Shown piece by piece: positions 9,945 to 17,803 of a DNA stretch of 64,000 bases (within the stretch, counting starts at the first letter, position 1; the number at the start of each line of letters is the position of its first letter). The DNA lies in assembly GCF_000006765.1 (NCBI RefSeq), contig NC_002516.2; one strand, given 5' to 3'. This DNA is from Pseudomonas aeruginosa PAO1. GTDB lineage: Bacteria > Pseudomonadota > Gammaproteobacteria > Pseudomonadales > Pseudomonadaceae. The position numbers and the translations under genes were made by a program. The notes under the pieces were generated by a model that ran no database searches, was not told where the DNA came from, and was given only the letters and a program-made list of their open reading frames with translations.

Positions 9945-10847
9945 ATGCGCGCGACCACCTGCACCCCGCGAGCGATGCCCGGGGCGACCCGCCTGCTGGC
10001 CGTGCAACTGGGCATGGTACTGGCCTGGAGTTCCGGCTTCGTCGGCTACCGCTATGCCATGGAACAGGCGCCGGTGTTCCTCACCAGCTTCTGGCGCTTC
10101 GCCGTTTGCCTGGCGCTGCTGCTGCCCTTCGCCTGGGCCGGGCTGCGCCGGTTGTCGGCGCGCCAGTGGCGGCGCCAGGCGCTGATCGGGGCGTTGGCCT
10201 ACGCGGGCTACATCGCGCCGATCGCCAAGGCCATCGAACTCGGCGTCTCGCCGGGCGTGGCGGCGCTGATGGCCGACCTGTTGCCGCTGCTGGTGGCCTT
10301 GCTGGCGCTGGTCCTGCCGGGGCAGCGAACGCGGCCGGGGCAGTGGCCGGGGATCGCCCTGGGCGTCGCCGGGGTGCTCTGGGCCGGGCATGCGGCGCTG
10401 GCGCTGGGGCGGGCGCCGGGCTGGGCCTACGGCCTGCCGCTGCTGGGCATGCTGGCGCTGGCCCTGGCCACCCTGTTGCAGAAGCGCTGGGACGATGCGC
10501 CGGGATCGCTGGCCGTGGTGCTGTTCGTGCAGATCGGCGCCGCGCTGCCGGCGTTCGCCGGCCTGGCGCTGGCGGAGGGTAGCCTGCGGCCGCCGCTGTC
10601 CGGCGGATTCCTGTTCGGGCTCGCCTGGCTGGTGCTGCTGCCCACCTTCGGCGGCTACGGCCTGTACTGGCTGGGCCTGCGCCATCTTTCCGCACAGGGT
10701 GGCAGCGCGGCGCTGTACCTGAGCCCGGCGCTGACCCTGCTATGGGCGCACTGGATGTTCGCCGAGCCGCTGACACCCATGCTGCTGGGTGGTCTGCTGC
10801 TGTCGCTGGCCGGCCTCGGCTGGCTGTATCGCGCCGAGCGTCGCTAG
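9945..10847 (+). CDS. EamA/DMT-family exporter
   Basis: GGAGG RBS; WSSGFVG start motif, about 10 hydrophobic segments in two EamA repeats. Confidence 0.88.
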   Translation: MRATTCTPRAMPGATRLLAVQLGMVLAWSSGFVGYRYAMEQAPVFLTSFWRFAVCLALLLPFAWAGLRRLSARQWRRQALIGALAYAGYIAPIAKAIELGVSPGVAALMADLLPLLVALLALVLPGQRTRPGQWPGIALGVAGVLWAGHAALALGRAPGWAYGLPLLGMLALALATLLQKRWDDAPGSLAVVLFVQIGAALPAFAGLALAEGSLRPPLSGGFLFGLAWLVLLPTFGGYGLYWLGLRHLSAQGGSAALYLSPALTLLWAHWMFAEPLTPMLLGGLLLSLAGLGWLYRAERR

Positions 10848-12097
10848 CCGGCGTCGCCCTGCCAGCGGGCCAGGGTCTCCAGGCGCGCCGGGCTGAACGG
10901 CGGACGCGGCGCCGGAGGCGTCCAGCCGAACAGGAATTGCGCGGCGCTGCCGCATATCCGCCCCTGGCAGGCGCCCATGCCGCAACGGCTGTGCAGCTTG
11001 GCCTCGGTCCAGCCGGCATGCCCGGCCAGCGCGGCCAAGGGGACGTCTTCGCAACGGCAGACCAGGGTATCCGCCTCCGCCAGTTGACGCAGTTCGGCAC
11101 GCAGGGCGAAGTGTCGCGCCAGGGTGTCGGCGAAGCCCTGCCAGCGTCGCCGTCGTGGCCACAGGCGGCGAGCCGCGTCGCGCTCGTCGACGGCGGCATG
11201 GCCGGCGATGGCGCCTTCCACCAGGGCCAGTTCGCTGCCGCCGAAGCCGGTGCATTCGCCGGCGGCGTAGTGGTCGGGCAGGCTGCCGGCCTGCCATTCG
11301 TCGACGGCGAGCGCCGGGCCGTCGAGGCGATAGCCGAGGGCCTGGCCGAGTTGCACGTTGGGCACCAGGCCGAAGCCGCAGGCCAGGCGTTCGCAGGCGA
11401 TCTCGCGGACCCGACCGCCTTCGCGCAGGCGCACGGCTTCCAGGCGCTCCTCGCCGAGGGCGGCGAGCACGTAGCTGTCGGCGCGGTAGCTACGGGCGAA
11501 CAGGCCGGCGGCCTGCCACAGCTTGCCGGGCCAGCGCGGGAGGCGTACGGCGAAGGCGGCCAGGGTTCTCGCCGGCGCCTGTTCGGCGACGCGCAGCAGG
11601 CGCGCCCCGCACTGGCTGGCGCTGGCGGCGCTGGCCAGCAGCAGCGGGCCGGAGCCAGCCACCACCAGGCGCTGGCCGGCCAGTGGCAGGCCGCCCTTGG
11701 CCAACGCCTGCAGGCCGCCGGCGCCGGTGACGCCGGGGAGGGTCCAGCCGGGAAAAGGCAGCAGCAGTTCGCGGGCGCCGGTGCAGAGGACCAGGCGTCG
11801 GTAGCCGACCTGCCAGCCACGTTGCGGGTCTTCCAGCAACAGGCGCCTGCCGGGACCGCAGGCGACCACCCGGGTCGCCGGGAAGTGCTCGACATTGGCC
11901 TGCCCGGCCAGGCGTTGGCGCATCTGATGGGCACGCGGCGGCAGGCTGGCACGCGGGCCGTCGCGCCAGATCTGTCCGCCGGCGGCCGGGTTGTCGTCGA
12001 CCAGGGCGATGCGCGCGCCGCTCGGCGCGGCGGCCAGCGCTGCGGCCAGGCCGGCGGGGCCGGCACCGACGATCAGCAGGTCGTAGTCGGCGCTCAT
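10844..12097 (-). CDS. lhpE: D-hydroxyproline dehydrogenase alpha subunit (FAD/NAD oxidoreductase with C-terminal BFD-like Cys cluster)
   Basis: IVGAGPAG Rossmann motif, GGQIWR, C-terminal VCRCEDV...RCGMGACQGRICG; ATGA-coupled to lhpF. Confidence 0.9.
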   Translation of the reverse strand: MSADYDLLIVGAGPAGLAAALAAAPSGARIALVDDNPAAGGQIWRDGPRASLPPRAHQMRQRLAGQANVEHFPATRVVACGPGRRLLLEDPQRGWQVGYRRLVLCTGARELLLPFPGWTLPGVTGAGGLQALAKGGLPLAGQRLVVAGSGPLLLASAASASQCGARLLRVAEQAPARTLAAFAVRLPRWPGKLWQAAGLFARSYRADSYVLAALGEERLEAVRLREGGRVREIACERLACGFGLVPNVQLGQALGYRLDGPALAVDEWQAGSLPDHYAAGECTGFGGSELALVEGAIAGHAAVDERDAARRLWPRRRRWQGFADTLARHFALRAELRQLAEADTLVCRCEDVPLAALAGHAGWTEAKLHSRCGMGACQGRICGSAAQFLFGWTPPAPRPPFSPARLETLARWQGDAG

Positions 12098-12330
12098 GCC
12101 TGGGTCTCCACGCGCATGCCGGATTGGCAGACGGTCTGGCAGGCCAGGCGTCGCCGACCGTCGATCAATACCCGGCATTCCTGGCACGCGCCCATGCCGC
12201 AGAACGGCGCGCGCCGCCCGCCGCCGACCGCGCTGCGGGAGCAGCCGTCGCCGCCGAGGGCGAGGGCGGCCGCCACGCTGGTACCGACGGCGACCCGCAG
12301 CGGACGCCGGTCGATGAACAGTTCGATCAT
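12094..12330 (-). CDS. lhpF: D-hydroxyproline dehydrogenase gamma subunit, 78-aa 2Fe-2S protein
   Basis: [10 protein letters not shown]...FCGMGACQECRVLIDGRRRLACQT; ATGA overlaps at both ends; hidden at the end of a longer track ORF. Confidence 0.88.
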   Translation of the reverse strand: MIELFIDRRPLRVAVGTSVAAALALGGDGCSRSAVGGGRRAPFCGMGACQECRVLIDGRRRLACQTVCQSGMRVETQA

Positions 12331-13442
12331 GGCCGGGCACTCCCGGAGCTGGAGAGGAAGCGTTGCGGCAGATAAGGCGTGGGATCCAGCGGCGGCGTTT
12401 CGCCGAACAACTGGGCGGCGAGCAGGCGCGCGCTGCCCGGCGCGGTGGTCACGCCCAGGCCCTCGTGGCCGACCGCCAGCCACAGGCCCGGCTGCGCCGG
12501 GTGCTCGCCGAGCAGCGGCAGGCCGTCCGGAGTGGCGGCGCGGAAGCCGGTCCAGGCACGGATCGCATTGAGGCCGGCGAGCCCCGGCAGGTAGTCCAGG
12601 GCACGCCGCAGCATGCGCGCCAGCACCGGGCCTTCCACCTGCGGGTCGAGCGTGTCGAACTGCCGCGAGGAGCCGAGGAAGACCTGCCCGGTGGGGCGCG
12701 GCTGGGCGTTGAAGGCTACCGAGGTACCGCTGCTGGCATGGGCGCTGCTGACATAGCCGAGTTCCACCAGTTGATGGCGGAGGGTGCCGGGATAGCGGTC
12801 GGTGATCAGCAGGTGGCCTTTCTTCGGGCGGATCGGCAGCTCCGCGCACAGCTCGCCGGCATGGATGCCGTTGGCCAGCACCAGCGCCTCGGCGCTCAGC
12901 CAGCGGCCGTCGGCCAGGCGCAGGCGGCTGCCGTCCACTTCGCTGACTTCGGCGTACAGCCGTCGCAGGCGCGGCCCGGCCTGGTCGAGCAGCCAGCGCG
13001 CGGCGTTGGGCGCGTAGAGGATGCCGTCGCCGGACACCTCCAGGGCGCCGGCCAGGCCCGGCCGCAGGGCCGGTTCGAGGGCGTACAGGCGCGCGGCGCC
13101 AAGCATCCGGCAGGCAACGCCGGCGGCTTGCAGCGCCTGGCGCTTGCGTTCGGCCTCGGCGAGTTCGCTGGCATCGGCGGCCAGCCAGAGGGTGCCACAG
13201 CCGCGATAGGCGCAATCCTCCGGCAACTCCGCCGCCCAGGCGCGCCAGGCCTGGGTCGAGTAGTCGCTGAGGGCCAGTTCGGCCGGGTTGTCGTCCATCG
13301 CCACCAGATGGCCCATGCCCACCGCGGTGGCACCGCCGCGGCGGCTGTCCAGCACCAGTACGTCGAGGCCGCGACGCGCCAGTTCATGGGCGCAGGCGCT
13401 GCCGACGATGCCGGCGCCGACCACGATGACCTCGGCGTTCAC
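12327..13442 (-). CDS. lhpB: D-hydroxyproline dehydrogenase beta subunit (DAO-family FAD oxidoreductase)
   Basis: GTG start overlapping the lhpA stop; [39 protein letters not shown] motifs. Confidence 0.92.
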   Translation of the reverse strand: MNAEVIVVGAGIVGSACAHELARRGLDVLVLDSRRGGATAVGMGHLVAMDDNPAELALSDYSTQAWRAWAAELPEDCAYRGCGTLWLAADASELAEAERKRQALQAAGVACRMLGAARLYALEPALRPGLAGALEVSGDGILYAPNAARWLLDQAGPRLRRLYAEVSEVDGSRLRLADGRWLSAEALVLANGIHAGELCAELPIRPKKGHLLITDRYPGTLRHQLVELGYVSSAHASSGTSVAFNAQPRPTGQVFLGSSRQFDTLDPQVEGPVLARMLRRALDYLPGLAGLNAIRAWTGFRAATPDGLPLLGEHPAQPGLWLAVGHEGLGVTTAPGSARLLAAQLFGETPPLDPTPYLPQRFLSSSGSARP

Positions 13443-14383
13443 CGGCGGATGCCCCAGGCGAACGGATCGTCGTCCGCCAGCAGCAGGGTGGCTTCCGCGC
13501 TGACGTGGGCGCGGCCGCGGATGGTCGGCACGATGGGCCCGCCGGGCTGGCCGTCGAGCCATTCGTAACGCCCCTCGAACTGGCTGCCGATCACGCTCGC
13601 CTGGCGCCAGGGCTGGCCGGGCAGCAGCTTGCCGTCGGCGGCCAGGCAGGCCAGCTTGGCGCTGGTGCCGGTGCCGCAGGGCGAGCGGTCGTAGGCCTTG
13701 CCGGGGCAGAGCACGAAGTTGCGGCTGTCGGCGTGGGGGTCGTCGGCGAACAGTTCGATGTGATCGATGGCGCCGCCGTCCTCGCCGCGGATGTCCTGGT
13801 CGTCCAGCGCCTGCTGGACGGCGACGGTGTAGGCGGTGAGGGCGTCGAGGTTGTCGCCGGCGAGGCGCTGGCCGTGTCCGGCGACCAGGAAGAACCAGTT
13901 GCCGCCCCAGGCGATGTCGCCGCTGACCCGGCCGATGCCGGGCACTTCGACGCTGACCTGGCGACGGTAGCGGTAGGCCGGCACGTTGCGCACGCTGACC
14001 GAGCCGTCCTCGTGGAGGGTCGCCTCGACCTCGCCGACCGGTGTCTCGATGCGGTGCACGCCGGGACCGATCCGCCCTAGGTGTGCCAGCGAGGCGACCA
14101 GGCCGATGGTGCCGTGGCCGCACATGCCGAGGTAGCCACTGTTGTTGAAGAAGATCACTCCGGCACAGGCTTCGGGATCGACCGGTGCGCAGAGCAGGGC
14201 GCCGACCAGTACGTCGCTGCCGCGCGGCTCGAGGATGCAGGCGGCGCGCCAGGCGTCGTGGCGCTCGCCGAGCAGGCGCCGGCGCTCAGCCATGTCGCCC
14301 TGGCCGAGATCGGGAAAACCGCCGATGACCAGGCGGGTGGGCTCGCCGCCGGTATGCGAATCGATGATGCGGATGCGTTGCAT
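13439..14383 (-). CDS. lhpA: 4-hydroxyproline 2-epimerase
   Basis: [16 protein letters not shown] and DRSPCGTGT catalytic Cys pair; 314 aa. Confidence 0.95.
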   Translation of the reverse strand: MQRIRIIDSHTGGEPTRLVIGGFPDLGQGDMAERRRLLGERHDAWRAACILEPRGSDVLVGALLCAPVDPEACAGVIFFNNSGYLGMCGHGTIGLVASLAHLGRIGPGVHRIETPVGEVEATLHEDGSVSVRNVPAYRYRRQVSVEVPGIGRVSGDIAWGGNWFFLVAGHGQRLAGDNLDALTAYTVAVQQALDDQDIRGEDGGAIDHIELFADDPHADSRNFVLCPGKAYDRSPCGTGTSAKLACLAADGKLLPGQPWRQASVIGSQFEGRYEWLDGQPGGPIVPTIRGRAHVSAEATLLLADDDPFAWGIRR

Positions 14384-14499
14384 GGTGGCCCTCGCCTGTG
14401 CCGGGGAATGCGCCACAGGGTGGCGTTTCGGCGGGGCGGGGCGCTTGAGGGTTTTCGCTCAGGTGGATGACGAAAGCGGCATAGCCGGGATGGCCCGGC

Positions 14500-15168
14500 T
14501 CAGGTGCTGGCCGGGCGGTTCGGCAGGTGTTCGTAGAGGGTCCGGCAGACCCCGACGATATGTGCCTCGATCAGTGTCGCGGCCCGTTCGGCATCGCCGG
14601 CGCGACAGGCGGCGACGATCTCGCGGTGTTCCTGGTCGGCGCGCTGCTTGCCTTCGGACAGGCTCATCTGCATGCGCAGGTAGCGTTCCAGCTTGTCGTG
14701 GATGGAGCGGATCAGGTTGACCAGGAACGGCCGCTGCGCCGGTTCGTAGAGGCAGGCGTGCAGTTGCCAGTTGAGTTCGGCCCAGCGGCCGACGTTGTCT
14801 TCGCCGACGAAGTCGGCGCAGATCGCCTCGGCGCGGGCGAAGGTGGCCTCGTCCATGTTCGGCACCGCCAGGCGGATCGCCTGGACTTCGAGCAGCACCC
14901 GCACTTCGAACATCTGCGCCAGTTCCGGTTCGGAAATACGCGTCACCACCGCGCCCTTGTTGCGCTGGAACAGCACCAGGCCTTCCGCCTCCAGGCGCTT
15001 GAGGGCCTCGCGGACGGGAATCTTGCTGACATTGAAGAGTTGCGCGATGTCGTCCTGGCGGATCGGTTCGTCCTCGGCGAAATGCCCGGCGATGATCGCT
15101 TCGCGCAGGTGCTTGGCGATGATCTCGGAGGCCGAGGGGGCGATGCCCAGGTTAGGGGCGTTGAGCAT
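14500..15168 (-). CDS. GntR/FCD-family transcriptional regulator
   Basis: Start re-called at MLNAPN; wHTH IRQDDIAQLFNVSKIPVREAL, FCD NWQLH...EHREIV. Confidence 0.92.
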   Translation of the reverse strand: MLNAPNLGIAPSASEIIAKHLREAIIAGHFAEDEPIRQDDIAQLFNVSKIPVREALKRLEAEGLVLFQRNKGAVVTRISEPELAQMFEVRVLLEVQAIRLAVPNMDEATFARAEAICADFVGEDNVGRWAELNWQLHACLYEPAQRPFLVNLIRSIHDKLERYLRMQMSLSEGKQRADQEHREIVAACRAGDAERAATLIEAHIVGVCRTLYEHLPNRPAST

Positions 15169-15215
15169 GGAGAGAGGCAAGCGGGACAACCTGCATGGCG
15201 TTGGGAACGTGCGGG

Positions 15216-15229
15216 ATATTGTATACGAA
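15216..15229. promoter_or_regulatory. Probable GntR autoregulatory operator
   Basis: Minus strand reads TTCGTATACAATAT, 13/14 identical to TTCGTATACGATAT at 5216-5229. Confidence 0.6.
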
Positions 15230-15365
15230 CGCTTGGCGCGTGCCGCTGCCGGTTGGCGCCTTCTGCGCAGGCGTGTTGGTCGGCTCCAGTGGGCCTCCGT
15301 GGCGCATGTTTCGCAGGGCGAAACGCTCTTCCGGAAAGTTCGCGGAGAGGCTGGACAATAGAAAA

Positions 15366-15377
15366 TTAGCTTGCTAA
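15366..15377. promoter_or_regulatory. SlyA/MarR-type box upstream of FUSC gene
   Basis: TTAGCTTGCTAA; its reverse complement is TTAGCAAGCTAA, the published SlyA consensus. Confidence 0.5.
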
Positions 15378-15412
15378 TAATTCGCTCGCTCATGTATTTC
15401 GGGGCGTCCGCG

Positions 15413-17452
15413 ATGGCCAAGCCTTCCTTCTTTTCCTCCGACCTGGTGCAGGTGCTGCTGTGCCCGCGTCTGCACGAACTGCAGTTCGCCGTGAAGGCCC
15501 TGCTGGCCGGCGGGTTGGCCCTGTACCTGGCCTTCGGCCTGGAGCTGGAGCAGCCGCAATGGGCATTGATGACGGTGTTCGTGGTCAGCCAGCCCTATAG
15601 CGGCATGGTCCTGGCCAAGGGCATGTTCCGCCTGATCGGCACCTGCGCCGGTGCGCTGGTGTCCATCGGCATGGTCGCACTCTATGGCCAGGCATCGCTG
15701 CCCTTCCTCCTGCTGATGGCCCTCTGGCTGGCGTTCTGCACCGCCGGCGCGTCGCTGCTGCACAATCATGCGTCCTACGGTTTCGTCCTGGCCGGCTACA
15801 CCGCGGCCATCGTCGCCCTGCCGGCCAGCGCCGATCCGGCGACGGTGTTCGACCAGGCGGTGGCCCGCTGCTCGGAGATCGGCCTGGGCATCCTCTGCGC
15901 GGCGCTGGTGAATGTGCTGCTCTGGCCGCGGCGCCTGGAACGCCAGTTGGCGAACCAGGGCAAGGCGGCCTGGGAGGCCGGCTTGCAGGCGGCCGCGGCG
16001 GAGCTGCGCGGTGCCGACGAACGCGGCGAGCTGCTCGCGGCGCTGGGGCGGATCGCCGCGGCGGACGCCCAGCGCGACCACGCCTGGTTCGAGGGTGCGC
16101 TCGGCCGCGCCCGTTCCCAGGCCTTGCGCGTGCTAGGCCTCGACCTGCTCGGCCTGCTGCGCGCGGCGCGCAAGGTGGCTCGCGAGCGGAGGCTGCTCGA
16201 TCCGGCCAGCGCGCACGCCTTGCAGCCCTGGCTGGAAGAACTCGAGGCACTGTTGCGCGAGGGCCGCCAGGCCGAGTTCGAGGCCTGCCGGCAGCGCTTG
16301 CGCCTGGCGCTGGACGCGGCGCACGGACAGTTGCACCTGTGCCTGGTCTGCCTCGAACGCCTGCTCGGCGAGGCGAGGGCGGCCGGGCGCAGCGTCGAGG
16401 CGCTGGTCTATGGCGCGCCCACCCGCCAGGCGCCGGGCGCCATCGCCTGGCACCGGGACATCGAGCGCGGCGTGCTGTTCGGCCTGCGCAGCGCCCTGGC
16501 GTTCCTCTGCGTGGCCGCGTTCTGGCTGGCCAGCGCCTGGCCGAGCGGGTTGGGCGCGGTGTCGATCACCGGCGTGGTGCTGAGTCTCTTCGCCAGCCGC
16601 GACAACCCGGCCCAGGCCGGCCTGAACTTCCTTCGCGGGATCCTCCTGTCGATCCCGCTGGCCGGCTTCGTCGCACTGTTCTACCTGCCCGGCGTGGACG
16701 GCTTCCCGCTGCTCTGCCTGGGCCTGGGCGTACCGCTGTTCTTCGCCGCGCTGTGCGTGAACCGGGCGAGCCTGGCCGGGATCGCCTCGCCGTTCTGCAT
16801 CTTCTTCGTGAAGAACGTCGCGCCGAGCAACAGCATGAGCTACGACCTCGCGCACTTCCTCAACAACGCCCTGTCGACGGTGCTCGGGGTGGCCTTCGCC
16901 GTGCTGGTGTTCAACCTGGTCAGCCTGCGGCCGGGCGAACGCCATTACCGGCGCATGCTGCAGGCCACCCTCGGCGACCTGGCGCGGCTCACCCTGCGCT
17001 CGCCGGCGCAGGCCGAGGCCTGGTTCGGCGGGCGCACCGCGGATCGCCTGATCCGCCTGGCGCAGCGCTACGACCGTTTGCCGGAGGGGCGCCGCCAGCC
17101 CTGGTCGGACGGCCTGATGGGACTCGACTTCGGCGACGAGCTGCTCTACCTGCGGCAGTGCCTGGAGGAGGTCCCGGCGTCCCTGGCGCAGGCCCGCGAC
17201 CGCTACCTGCGGCGCCTGCGCCTGGCGCTGCTGGGCGATGGCCCGCGGGCTGAGCGTGAACACGCCCTCGACCCGCCGACCGCGCGCCTGCTCAAGGCCC
17301 TGGCCGCCAGCCCGCTGGCCGGCAGCGAACGCGGCGAGCTGGCCGGCGCCGCGCTGGTGCAGTTGCAGGCCACCTGGCGGCAGTGGTGCCGCAGCCATGC
17401 TCCGGCCGGGACGGCGCTGCGCGCGGACCCGCTCCCCGGAGCCGGGCGCTAG
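15413..17452 (+). CDS. FUSC-family (YdhK/AaeB-like) inner-membrane efflux protein
   Basis: LEQPQWALMTVFVVSQPYSGMVLAKGMFRLIGT, GYTAAIV and a second hydrophobic half. The start could be 15392. Confidence 0.9.
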   Translation: MAKPSFFSSDLVQVLLCPRLHELQFAVKALLAGGLALYLAFGLELEQPQWALMTVFVVSQPYSGMVLAKGMFRLIGTCAGALVSIGMVALYGQASLPFLLLMALWLAFCTAGASLLHNHASYGFVLAGYTAAIVALPASADPATVFDQAVARCSEIGLGILCAALVNVLLWPRRLERQLANQGKAAWEAGLQAAAAELRGADERGELLAALGRIAAADAQRDHAWFEGALGRARSQALRVLGLDLLGLLRAARKVARERRLLDPASAHALQPWLEELEALLREGRQAEFEACRQRLRLALDAAHGQLHLCLVCLERLLGEARAAGRSVEALVYGAPTRQAPGAIAWHRDIERGVLFGLRSALAFLCVAAFWLASAWPSGLGAVSITGVVLSLFASRDNPAQAGLNFLRGILLSIPLAGFVALFYLPGVDGFPLLCLGLGVPLFFAALCVNRASLAGIASPFCIFFVKNVAPSNSMSYDLAHFLNNALSTVLGVAFAVLVFNLVSLRPGERHYRRMLQATLGDLARLTLRSPAQAEAWFGGRTADRLIRLAQRYDRLPEGRRQPWSDGLMGLDFGDELLYLRQCLEEVPASLAQARDRYLRRLRLALLGDGPRAEREHALDPPTARLLKALAASPLAGSERGELAGAALVQLQATWRQWCRSHAPAGTALRADPLPGAGR

Positions 17453-17472
17453 TTCTGCGGTGGCCGCCCACA

Positions 17473-17502
17473 TTGACCGCGCAAGCCCCGAACCACTAAG
17501 CT
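17473..17502 (+). promoter_or_regulatory. Putative sigma70 promoter of btuB-cob
   Basis: TTGACC-N18-TAAGCT just 5' of the riboswitch. Confidence 0.5.
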
Positions 17503-17509
17503 GCGCGCC

Positions 17510-17695
17510 TTGCGACAGGTGCCCCGCAAGGGGTGAAACAGGGAAGCTGGTGCGTTCCGTCGGAACCAGGCCAGCGCTGCCCCCGCAACGGTAGGCGAAT
17601 CAGACAGCCGCTCGATGACCACTGTGCTCCGGCATGGGAAGGCGCGGCTGGAAGCGTCCAGCGCTTCGCTCGCGAGCCCGGAGACCGGCCTGACG
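17510..17695 (+). ncRNA. Cobalamin (AdoCbl) riboswitch
   Basis: Conserved segments AGGTGC, AACAGGGAAGCTGGTG, GCTGCCCCCGCAACGGT, CCACTG, GGGAAG and the B12 box AGCCCGGAGACCGGCC upstream of btuB. Confidence 0.95.
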
Positions 17696-17803
17696 CACCC
17701 ACGGCATCGCGGAGGGCGCTGTCGGACGTCTCCTGCCGTCGCTTCGTCCTCCGTCTGCCTCGACCCAGGTCGCGCGGGTGAGAGCGACGGAGCAGCGCAG
17801 AGC

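Noticed and set aside
5260-14460. Shared TTTCGCT word upstream of lhpP and lhpA as the LhpR site
   Set aside because: A 7-mer is too short and spacing is not consistent enough to call a site without footprint data.
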